Below, piece by piece: positions 1 through 8,429 of a DNA stretch of 9,346 bases. The translations under genes were made by a program, and so were the position numbers. The DNA is from Halalkalibacterium halodurans (GTDB lineage Bacteria > Bacillota > Bacilli > Bacillales > Bacillaceae_D). The stretch covers positions 1 to 9,346 of the forward strand of contig NZ_SNUY01000088.1 of NCBI RefSeq assembly GCF_004376175.1. The letters run 5' to 3'. Numbering within the stretch: the first letter of the stretch is position 1; each line of letters opens with the position of its first letter. The notes beneath the pieces are model-generated. The model was not told where the DNA came from, made no database searches, and was given only the letters and a program-made list of their open reading frames with translations.

Positions 1-1
1 T

Positions 2-64
2 GGTTTTGGTGAGGCCTACGAAGCTTTACAAGAAATGTTCAAGCAACGCTACTCCGGGCCATAA
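2..64 (+). CDS. 3' end of an unidentified CDS that runs off the left edge (...GFGEAYEALQEMFKQRYSGP*)
   Basis: The frame is open from the window edge to TAA at 62-64 and is followed by a strong hairpin at 81-120. Only 20 codons are visible, so no family can be assigned. Confidence 0.35.
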   Translation, partial: GFGEAYEALQEMFKQRYSGP

Positions 65-80
65 TCAAGGAGCGACGAGC

Positions 81-120
81 AGCTTATGACTGTCCCTCTG
101 CAGAGGGACAGTCATAAGCT
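81..120. terminator. Perfect 40-bp palindrome (20-nt arms). Probably a transcript-end hairpin for the upstream gene, but it has no U-tract.
   Basis: AGCTTATGACTGTCCCTCTG / CAGAGGGACAGTCATAAGCT are exact reverse complements centred on CTGCAG, 17 nt after the upstream stop. Neither strand has a T-run after the stem. Confidence 0.45.
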
Positions 121-165
121 AGAAACCGTATTCGAGGAGTACCCTAAGACCGTTACACAAACTTA

Positions 166-196
166 TTGACAGTACCTGATAGAATGTAGATAAAAT
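166..196 (+). promoter_or_regulatory. Candidate sigma-A-like promoter (TTGACA ... TAAAAT)
   Basis: A consensus -35 TTGACA lies at 166-171. TAAAAT at 191-196 gives a long 19-nt spacer; the alternative GATAAA at 189-194 gives 17 nt. The element sits about 200 nt upstream of the kinase start. Confidence 0.3.
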
Positions 197-393
197 CTCC
201 GTTTTTTTTACCTAATCAAAAAAGGGAAACGGTATCTGAATCGAAAAAAATCTTGGTCTCTCTGAAGTAAGATGGTAAAGTCGACAGTGCAAGGGTTAAA
301 GTTTCTTAAATCCTGGGGTTGTTTTTTGTATATCATAGTATAATAAGAAAAAGGTTTGTTGTTACTTCCGACGTGTGTGGGAGGCTTTGTGGC

Positions 394-1597
394 ATGGGAA
401 AATCGTATTTTATTTGGCTTGCAGTCCATTTTGTTATATGGGTATTTGTTCTTTTACATATAGAACCAAGCATACACAATAGTCAATTGGCGAGCATTTG
501 TCTGTTTTTTATCATTTTATTTATCCTCCCCCTCTTTAAACGAAAGCCATGGATCCAAGCAGCATTGTTTAGTATTCAAGCATTGACTACCCTCATCTTT
601 TTTTTATCCTACTGACAATGGATTAAACCTTTATGCTCTCCTCGTACATGGGTTAATTATAGCGGAAGCAGTTTTTTACCTATCTCATTGGCAAAGCTTC
701 GTTGTGATGGGTCAGCTTGGTAGCGCAGCATGGATCATGATACACGCGATCCTTCCGACTTCCGCGTTCACTTTCTCCGTGCTTTTTTATCTATTAGTCG
801 CGATTGCAATGTTGTACCATCAATCCATACATAGACGCGGACTCGAGAGTGAGAAAAAGAAAGATGCTTTATTAGATGAATATCGAAAGATGAAAAGGCA
901 ACTCTTAACGGAAGAGGAGCAGGCAAGACAGGATGAACGGATGTTGATCGGTCATGAAATCCATGATTCAGTCGGTCATAAACTTACAGCACTCGTCATG
1001 CAACTTGAGGCTTTCCGTCTGACAGCAGCAGAGCAAGATAAAGAAACAATCGAAAGCTTGAAAGTACTAGCTGAACGAAGTCTAGAGGAAACGAGACGGG
1101 CGGTCAAATCTTTTAAGCACAAAGAAGTAGGCGGCTTGCAAGGAGTTATCCGTTTAATCCGAAAGTTAGAAATGGAGAGCTTTATGAACATCCATTTCTC
1201 TGTCAAGCATGGGGCGTTTGCTGCACCATTAACTGGGGAACAGTCCTTTGCTATTTATCGTGCGATTCAAGAAGCGTTGACGAATATTATGAAACATAGC
1301 TCGACAAGGGAAGCGCAAGTCTTATTTGAATCGCCTGGCGGGAGCGTTTTTCGTTTTGAAGTCCTAAACGCGGCCCCTCCCAATCCTTTTTTTCAAGAGG
1401 GCTATGGATTGAAAGGGATGAGAGAACGATTAGAAAAAGTGGGCGGTTCACTGGATATCGTTCAAAATGAACGCCAATTTATCGTAACAGGGAGCATACG
1501 ATTATTTGAACGGAGAGGATCATATGATCAAGGTATTATTAGCGGAAGATCAAGTAATGGTTCGCCAAGGCTTGAAGGTCATGATCGAGACAGATGA
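394..1597 (+). pseudogene. Membrane sensor histidine kinase (HisKA_3 + HATPase_c, NarL-partner type), split by a frameshift in a T8 run
   Basis: ATG at 394 is preceded by GGGAGG 9 nt upstream. ORF 394-615 encodes only hydrophobic helices and stops at TGA 613-615. The +1 frame is open from 587 and continues through more transmembrane helices into the H-box HEIHDSVGHKL (His codon 962-964), the N-box EALTNIMKHS and the G-box GYGLKGMRERL. Removing one T from the T8 run at 598-605 fuses the two pieces into a roughly 400-aa protein with 5-6 N-terminal transmembrane segments. Confidence 0.75.
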
Positions 1598-2156
1598 GGA
1601 TATTTTCGTAACGGGAGAAGCAACGAACGGTAAAGAAGCGATCCGTTTATGTGAAAGCCAACGTTTCGATGTCGCCGTTTTGGATATTCGCATGCCTGAA
1701 ATGGATGGAATTGAAGCGGCCAAGGTTTTACGTTCACGCTTTCCCGAGATGAAAATTCTCATGCTCACCACTTTTGATGATCACCAATATGTAATGGAAG
1801 CTCTAAAACTAGGAGTTAGTGGCTGTATGCTGAAAGATGGAGATACAGAATCCCTCATTCGTTCGATTAAAAGTGCGCTGAACGGCGGCCTCTCGTTGGA
1901 GGATCAGGTTGCAGCAAAAGTGATGCCCGTGTTGCTACAACATGAAGAGGCCATCCCAATCGATCCTACCTTAACCCCGAGGGAAATTGCGATCTTAAAA
2001 TGTATTGGCGAAGGTCTGAATAATAAGGAAGTAGCCGAACGGCTAGGCTTGTCTGTGGGAACAGTCAAAAATCAGACGAGTCAGATTTTAGATAAACTAG
2101 CCTTAAGGGATCGAACCCAACTGGCGATCTATGCGATTCGTCATCGACTCGTATGA
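1524..2156 (+). CDS. NarL/FixJ-family response regulator (receiver domain + LuxR-type helix-turn-helix), apparently intact
   Basis: ATG at 1524 has GGAGAGG upstream; the TTG at 1506 in the ORF track has no RBS. The receiver hallmarks are LLAEDQ, VAVLDIRMPEMDG, MLTTFDD and CMLKD. The C-terminal part, LTPREIAILKCIGEGLNNKEVAERLGLSVGTVKNQTSQILDKL, is a GerE/LuxR helix-turn-helix. Confidence 0.9.
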   Translation: MIKVLLAEDQVMVRQGLKVMIETDEDIFVTGEATNGKEAIRLCESQRFDVAVLDIRMPEMDGIEAAKVLRSRFPEMKILMLTTFDDHQYVMEALKLGVSGCMLKDGDTESLIRSIKSALNGGLSLEDQVAAKVMPVLLQHEEAIPIDPTLTPREIAILKCIGEGLNNKEVAERLGLSVGTVKNQTSQILDKLALRDRTQLAIYAIRHRLV

Positions 2157-2167
2157 TGATAAGAAAA

Positions 2168-2216
2168 AGTGACAAAAGTAATAGATGTTAGACCTTCGAG
2201 TGACCAGAGTCAGTAG
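2168..2216 (+). promoter_or_regulatory. Imperfect direct repeat (AGTGAC-N4-AGT-N2/3-TAG, two copies), a candidate response-regulator binding site upstream of the ABC genes
   Basis: AGTGACAAAAGTAATAG (2168-2184) and AGTGACCAGAGTCAGTAG (2199-2216) have starts 31 nt apart. The second copy overlaps the -35 position of a weak promoter whose -10 is TAAGAT at 2237-2242. Confidence 0.25.
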
Positions 2217-2276
2217 CGGCTTTGGTTTTTCTGTTTTAAGATGCAATTACACAACAGAGGGAAAGGGGAAAAAAGG

Positions 2277-3060
2277 ATGCTTGAAACGATCAATTTGTGC
2301 AAAACTTTTAAAGGACAGCCAGCCGTGCAAGAGGTCAATATGTATTTGAACTCTGGTGAATCCGTTGGCTTGCTAGGCCCAAATGGGGCAGGGAAATCAA
2401 CGACGATCTCTATGATCTCAACTTTGATTAAACCGACAAGTGGAGAAATTAAGCTTAATGGTATAAACATTATTAGTCATCCAGGAGACATTCGAAAAAT
2501 TTTAGGCGTGGTGCCACAGGAGTTAGCCCTTTACCAAGAACTTTCAGCTTATGAAAACCTTAAATTTTTCGGTTCAACTTATAAAATGAAAGGAAAACAC
2601 CTTGAAAATAGGATTCAACATGCATTAGAAATTGTTGGATTAAAAGACCGTCAAAAGGATTTGGTCAAAACCTTTTCTGGTGGAATGAAACGCCGGATTA
2701 ACATTGCAGCAGCCCTGCTCCACGAGCCGAAAATTCTTATTTTAGATAAACCAACGGTTGGTATCGACCCGCAATCGAGAAATCATATTCTTGAAACAGT
2801 CCGAACATTAAATGAAAACGAAGGAACAACGGTTTTATACACGAGTCATTATGATGGAGGAAGTCGAACAGCTCTGTGATCGATTGTACATTATGGACCA
2901 TGGGGAAATTATTGCAGCAGGTACGAAAGAGGAACTACTGAGCATTTTATCGACGGAGGATACGATTAAAGTTGAACTTAGTAAGATTGACGAAACTTTT
3001 GTTCAGAATGTGAAGATGATCGAAGGTGTACGTAAGGTAGAGGCTTCTCATTCGCAATAG
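2277..3060 (+). pseudogene. ABC-2/CcmA-type ABC transporter ATP-binding protein, frameshifted, with Walker-B Glu->Lys
   Basis: ATG at 2277 follows a purine-rich RBS. Motifs present: Walker A GPNGAGKST, Q-loop VVPQE, signature FSGGMKRR, Walker B ILILDK (expected ILILDE) and H-loop TSHY. The reading frame breaks at 2853: the sequence CAT TAT g ATG GAG switches frames where TSHY-MEEVEQLCDRLYIMDHG should be continuous. The reconstructed length of about 260 aa is short for this subfamily. Confidence 0.85.
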
Positions 3061-3063
3061 AAA

Positions 3064-3345
3064 ATGATCGCGAAAACAGAGCAGTTTTACGCTATTTATC
3101 CATCGTTAATCCCGCTAATTCCTCTGATTAGTGGGGCCTATATGATGCCTGGTACAATTACGAATCCAGTATTGTTGTTTATCGCTGACCTTTTTCCGAT
3201 GGCTCATGCCATGGATGCAATGATGTCTGTCATTTTCTATCATGCTGAGTTGTCAGATGTCATAATGGCACTCCTCACTATGTTACTGATTGGGATCATT
3301 GCCATGGGCCTAGGGATTAATCTTATTGAACGGAGGAATCAGTAG
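3064..3345 (+). pseudogene. C-terminal remnant (about the last two transmembrane helices) of an ABC-2-type permease
   Basis: The 93-aa ORF contains the typical C-terminal ABC-2 permease pattern LISGAYMMPG...LFPMAHAMDAM followed by a final hydrophobic helix. Full-length ABC-2 permeases are several-fold longer, and only 3 nt separate this ORF from the ATPase stop. Confidence 0.6.
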
Positions 3346-3388
3346 CCCGACTTCTCCTTAAGTTCAACTACCTAAAAATACAGGTGAA

Positions 3389-3426
3389 ACAACCCACAGA
3401 CTTCCCTCGACAAGCCTGTGGGTTGT
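3389..3426. terminator. Hairpin between the convergent ABC remnant and gdhA; probably the gdhA terminator, possibly bidirectional
   Basis: A perfect 11-bp stem ACAACCCACAG / CTGTGGGTTGT encloses a 16-nt loop. On the minus strand it lies about 80 nt after the gdhA stop and is followed by TTCACCTGTATTTTT. Confidence 0.6.
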
Positions 3427-3504
3427 AGCATTGATGGTAATGCTTAGATTTTCTCAAACGGATACTATCAAAAAGCTATGAAATAAGGGAACTCAATGCA
3501 AACA

Positions 3505-4893
<1,389 letters not shown>

Positions 4894-4981
4894 CTAACTC
4901 CTTTATGTCAATCTTTCAAAAAGTCTCTCATCGTAACAGAATCCTTTTTACGTCATGAGGATTTATTCATGTGAACAAGAA

Positions 4982-5045
4982 TAGATATCTGCTTGGAAGT
5001 ATTTTATAATTAAATAAATCATCTAATCAATATCAATAATTGATA
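4982..5045. promoter_or_regulatory. Divergent, overlapping promoter/operator region for gdhA and the LysR gene
   Basis: The minus strand has TTGATT (plus coordinates 5025-5030) -N16/18- TATAAA/TAAAAT (5001-5008) for gdhA. The plus strand has TAGATA (4982-4987) -N17- TATAAT (5005-5010) for the LysR gene. Two palindromes, AGATATCT (4983-4990) and ATCAAT-A-ATTGAT (5032-5044), resemble LysR-type operator half-sites. Confidence 0.4.
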
Positions 5046-5084
5046 AGTTTAATGCCTTTTTTAGATGAATGTGAAGGTGATGCT

Positions 5085-5990
5085 ATGGAATTCAGACAAT
5101 TAACGTACTTCATGGAAGTGGCAAAACGAGAGCATGTAACCGAAGCGGCTGCCGCTCTACATGTAGCTCAATCTGCTGTCAGCAGACAGATCTTTAACTT
5201 AGAAAACGAATTAGGCGTTGATCTGTTTATTAGGGATGGACGTCGAGTGAAATTGACTCCCATCGGTAAAATGTTTTTAGAGCGAATCACTCATGCCATG
5301 AATGTCATTGATGATGCCAAACGAGAAGTTCAAGAGTATCTAGACCCGGAAAAGGGGACAATTCGTGTCGCATTTCCGATCAGCCTTGCCGCATATACAT
5401 TGCCAACGGTTATTTACGCATTCCGCAAACGATATCCAGAGGCAAAGTTTCAGCTGAAACAAGCTCTTTATCATGAGCTGATCAATGGGGTTATTAAAGG
5501 GGACTATAATATGGCACTTATTGGCCCGGTTCCCATGGATGAAAAGAAAATTGCTCGTAAAATCTTATTCACTGAACAGGTTGTTGCACTCTTGCCGTTG
5601 CATCATCCATTGGCTGAAAACAACGCAATCCATTTACGAGATTTGAAGGATGATCCATTTGTTTTGCTCCCAGAAGGGTTTGTTTTCAGAGATATTGTCA
5701 TCAATGCATGCTCCGATCTAGGGTTCTATCCCAACATCGCTTTTGAAGGGGATGATATCGATGCATTGAAAGGCTTAGTTTCGGCAGGATTAGGAGTCAC
5801 ATTAATGCCGGAAGTCACTCTTGTTGATAGCACGCCTCGCTCAACTGTCAAAATTCCGCTGATTGAGCCGAACGTGACAAGGACCGTTGGTGTGATCACT
5901 CCGACTGAACGAGGGCTTTTGCCAACAGAAGAATTATTTTATGCCTTTCTAGAAGAATTTTTTACACAGCTCCATCATTTTAAACATTAA
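5085..5990 (+). CDS. gltC: LysR-family transcriptional regulator, GltC-like
   Basis: ATG at 5085 follows GAAGGTGA. The N-terminal winged helix-turn-helix MEFRQLTYFMEVAKREHVTEAAAALHVAQSAVSRQIFNLENELGVDLF, and later blocks (KLTPIGK, EYLDPEKGT, KILFTEQ, FVLLPEGF, DALKGLVSAGLGVTLMPE, VKIP), track B. subtilis GltC as I recall its sequence. The symbol is tentative because the divergent partner here is gdhA, not gltAB. Confidence 0.8.
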   Translation: MEFRQLTYFMEVAKREHVTEAAAALHVAQSAVSRQIFNLENELGVDLFIRDGRRVKLTPIGKMFLERITHAMNVIDDAKREVQEYLDPEKGTIRVAFPISLAAYTLPTVIYAFRKRYPEAKFQLKQALYHELINGVIKGDYNMALIGPVPMDEKKIARKILFTEQVVALLPLHHPLAENNAIHLRDLKDDPFVLLPEGFVFRDIVINACSDLGFYPNIAFEGDDIDALKGLVSAGLGVTLMPEVTLVDSTPRSTVKIPLIEPNVTRTVGVITPTERGLLPTEELFYAFLEEFFTQLHHFKH

Positions 5991-6108
5991 CCTGTATCAA
6001 AACGAGTGAAGGAAAGGCGCGTAAGAAAATCGGAGAATCATACGGATCTGTGGCACTACCCAACTAAACGTTTCGTCATAAGGCGGCTTCTTTGCTTATT
6101 CGTTCGAA

Positions 6109-6687
6109 ATGGCGACGGTGGATCGTCGCTCGAAGGCACCAACGAAAGAAGCACGTTTCAAAGCGATTCTTGATGCCGCTACCGAGGTTTTAGTTGAAAA
6201 GCCGACCGCGTCCATGAATGAGATTGCGGAATATGCAGGAGTGGGTGTGGCCACTCTCCACCGCTATGTTGAGAACAGAGAAAAGCTAATGGTTTATTTG
6301 GGTTACCGAGCCATACAGGCAGTAAGTGAAACTATTGAGGGCATTCCGCTGAATGAAGAAAACGATGAAAACTATATCTCTAAGCTGGTTGAAGCATTAA
6401 TCCCACTAGGTGACAAAGTGTATTTTCTTGGGCATGATGCATCGGTATATTATAACAAAGAGTTAGAAGAAGCGGACGAAAAGTTAAGAGCACCTGTTCG
6501 CTGCGTTATTCAGCGTCTACAGAAAAAGGGATTTTTTATCCAATCGGTTAACAGTGAATGGATCTTAAATGTGCTTTACTCGTTACTTTTCCTAACATGG
6601 CAGCAAGTGCAAGAAGGCCATATAGCTAAAAATTCTGCCGCTTCACTTGTGTTAAGTACGTTTTATCACGGTTTCAGAGCAAAGTAA
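6109..6687 (+). CDS. TetR/AcrR-family transcriptional regulator
   Basis: The N-terminal TetR helix-turn-helix is TKEARFKAILDAATEVLVEKPTASMNEIAEYAGVGVATLHRYVENREKL, and the 192-aa length is typical. There is no clear Shine-Dalgarno sequence before the ATG at 6109, so the start is less certain than the family. Confidence 0.8.
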   Translation: MATVDRRSKAPTKEARFKAILDAATEVLVEKPTASMNEIAEYAGVGVATLHRYVENREKLMVYLGYRAIQAVSETIEGIPLNEENDENYISKLVEALIPLGDKVYFLGHDASVYYNKELEEADEKLRAPVRCVIQRLQKKGFFIQSVNSEWILNVLYSLLFLTWQQVQEGHIAKNSAASLVLSTFYHGFRAK

Positions 6688-6787
6688 CAGTTGATCATCC
6701 TACAATCAGAGGACAATTTGATTTCATTTACATCCTAAAACAACAGCATTCTGATCATTAAATAAGTAGCGAGACAAAGGAGTGTCC

Positions 6788-7092
6788 ATGATGTCACATA
6801 TCTCAATCGTAAAGGCAGACCCACAATCCCAGCTCGGAGCTAGCCTGAATCAAATGGCACTAGATTATATGGTTAACCCACTAGCAGGCTCTAACAATAA
6901 GAACATAATTGATGCAACGTTTCGTAAGTTATGGCAATCGAAAAACAACCGCTTTAGCCATCAGTACGCCTTTGAAGCGCAAATCGATAGACAAACGTTA
7001 GGAATGATTACATGTTATCCAATTAAGGTTTTAAAACAGCTTGCCTGGCCGACCTTTAAGCAGCTGTTTTCTTATCGTAAATTGCAGCTTTT
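6788..7092 (+). pseudogene. GNAT-family N-acetyltransferase, 5' part (interrupted by an IS)
   Basis: AAGGAG lies 5 nt before the ATG at 6788. The last 14 codons plus stop of track ORF 6782-7135 (from 7093) are read from the IS left end rather than native gene sequence. The frame continues with 8580-8880 once the IS is removed. Confidence 0.6.
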
Positions 7093-7111
7093 TTATTATG
7101 AGCATTTTGCA
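7093..7111. repeat. Left terminal inverted repeat of the IS
   Basis: It is the reverse complement of 8561-8579 with one mismatch (7097 versus 8575). Weaker, gapped complementarity continues inward for roughly 10-15 nt. Confidence 0.6.
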
Positions 7112-7226
7112 TATTTTTTGACCCAAGAGCCATAAGGATTTCAAAGACATAAAAAAGGACTTCACCCCTAAAATGTAGAATTTTTGAAGTGACGAAACCA
7201 CAAAAATTCAAAAGGAGGAAGTCACT

Positions 7227-8429
7227 TTGTATATTCTACAAGAAAGCCTATTTTCCTTTGAAGAACTGCAAAAATTAGAGTCAAAAGAGAAATTACCTAT
7301 CTTTTTTAGCTCGCTTGATTTACGCCCTTATGCTAAACAGTTGAGAAGTTCTTCACCCCGAGGGGCTGACGGTCATTCCAGAGAAGGGATTCTAAGGGCT
7401 CTCATCGCTGCCCCACTCGAAGGCATCGACACCTTTACCGCCCTTCATCATCGATTGGATAAAGACCTTCGTTTCCGTTATCAATGCGGTTTATCGATTG
7501 ATCGCCCCGCACCGTCTATCTCCACTCTCAGCCGGGTTTTTGCGGCACTTACCAAAAAAAAGCTGGCTGAAAAGATCTTCCTTGACTTGGTACAGTTAGC
7601 TCAGGAGGAAGGAATAATTGACGGCAGCCACCAGGCCATCGACAGTGCCGCCATTGATGCCTATGAAAAGAAACAGCCCAAAAAGCGTAGTGAACAAACG
7701 GGTAATGCCAATTGGGGCGCAAAATATGATTCCTTCGGCAATAAAATTACCTGGTTTGGCTATAAGATGCATCTTTCAGTCGATACCGCAAGCGAACTGC
7801 CAATGGCCATAAAAGTAACCCCTGCCCATGTGAACGATGGAGAAGTCGCACCAGAATTAATAGAGCAAGTGGCAGAGCGTACCAAATCCAAAATTGAATT
7901 TCTGATCATGGATGGCGGATATGACCAACTAAAAAACTATGAATCAGCCAAAAACATTGGAGCGCAAGCCATTATCCCGCTCAATTTGCGCAACGAAAAA
8001 GAGCCTCCTGAAGGGATTTCTTCCAATGGAACTCCGCGTTGTTCCATGGGTTATGAAATGACTTATTGGGGAGCTGATAAGGACCAGCTCAAGTTCAGAT
8101 GTCCTCACGCAACCGGCAAAGTGGATTGCCCATTAGGAATGGCAGCCTGTTCATCTTCCAACTATGGAATGGTGGTAAAAGTCGACATCAAAAAGGATGT
8201 GCGCCGATATTCCAATCCGCACCGTGATACAAAACGTTGGAAAGAGCTTTACAACGAGAGGACAAGTGTAGAACGCTGTAATTCAAGAATGAAAAGCTAC
8301 CTTACGGCGAACTCCCTACATGTATGGGGAATTGAAAAAGTAAAGACCCATATTTACCTGAACGCTATTGTATTACTTGTTTCAGCGCTAGCGATGGCAA
8401 AGGAAAATAAAGGGAAGAAAGCCGCTTAA
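7227..8429 (+). CDS. DDE transposase (DUF772-type N-terminal domain + DDE_Tnp_1 catalytic domain), 400 aa
   Basis: TTG start at 7227 lies 8 nt after AAGGAGG. The N-terminal block GILRALIAAPLEGIDTFTALHHRLDKDLRFRYQCGL...STLSRVF is followed by DDE candidates AIDSAAID, LIMDGGYD and the signature YNERTSVERCNSRMK (Y-2-R-3-E-6-K). A Cys-rich insert lies between the second Asp and the Glu. Confidence 0.9.
   Translation: MYILQESLFSFEELQKLESKEKLPIFFSSLDLRPYAKQLRSSSPRGADGHSREGILRALIAAPLEGIDTFTALHHRLDKDLRFRYQCGLSIDRPAPSISTLSRVFAALTKKKLAEKIFLDLVQLAQEEGIIDGSHQAIDSAAIDAYEKKQPKKRSEQTGNANWGAKYDSFGNKITWFGYKMHLSVDTASELPMAIKVTPAHVNDGEVAPELIEQVAERTKSKIEFLIMDGGYDQLKNYESAKNIGAQAIIPLNLRNEKEPPEGISSNGTPRCSMGYEMTYWGADKDQLKFRCPHATGKVDCPLGMAACSSSNYGMVVKVDIKKDVRRYSNPHRDTKRWKELYNERTSVERCNSRMKSYLTANSLHVWGIEKVKTHIYLNAIVLLVSALAMAKENKGKKAA

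Noticed and set aside
208-429. Minus-strand 73-aa ORF in the kinase upstream region
   Set aside because: It has no RBS and no recognisable motif. It overlaps the kinase start and promoter-like elements, and its composition looks like translated AT-rich spacer.
319-2279. Upstream starts used by the ORF track (319 for the kinase, TTG 1506 for the regulator, ATG 2241 for the ATPase); the same applies to 5040 for the LysR gene and GTG 6782 for the GNAT gene
   Set aside because: Each lacks an RBS, whereas downstream in-frame ATGs (394, 1524, 2277, 5085, 6788) have good Shine-Dalgarno spacing and give N-termini that match the family norm.
976-2470. Minus-strand ORFs 976-1206, 1550-1771 and 2210-2470
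   Set aside because: They are antisense to the kinase, regulator and ABC ATPase domains, whose plus-strand motifs are unambiguous. They are typical shadow frames.
2847-2860. Programmed ribosomal frameshift as an explanation for the split ABC ATPase
   Set aside because: There is no slippery heptamer or downstream structure, and the gene also carries a catalytic E->K change next to a truncated permease. Decay is the simpler explanation.
6692-6757. Two TGATCA palindromes exactly 60 bp apart, and a CATCCTA direct repeat, between the TetR and GNAT genes, considered as a possible TetR operator
   Set aside because: Hexamers of this kind are expected a few times by chance in 9 kb. No extended dyad symmetry surrounds them.
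7618-7812. Plus-strand 64-aa ORF in an alternative frame inside the transposase gene
   Set aside because: It is fully nested in the transposase CDS, has no RBS and gives a Pro/Ser/Arg-rich translation. I see no slippery site suggesting programmed frameshifting, and the transposase is already contiguous in one frame.
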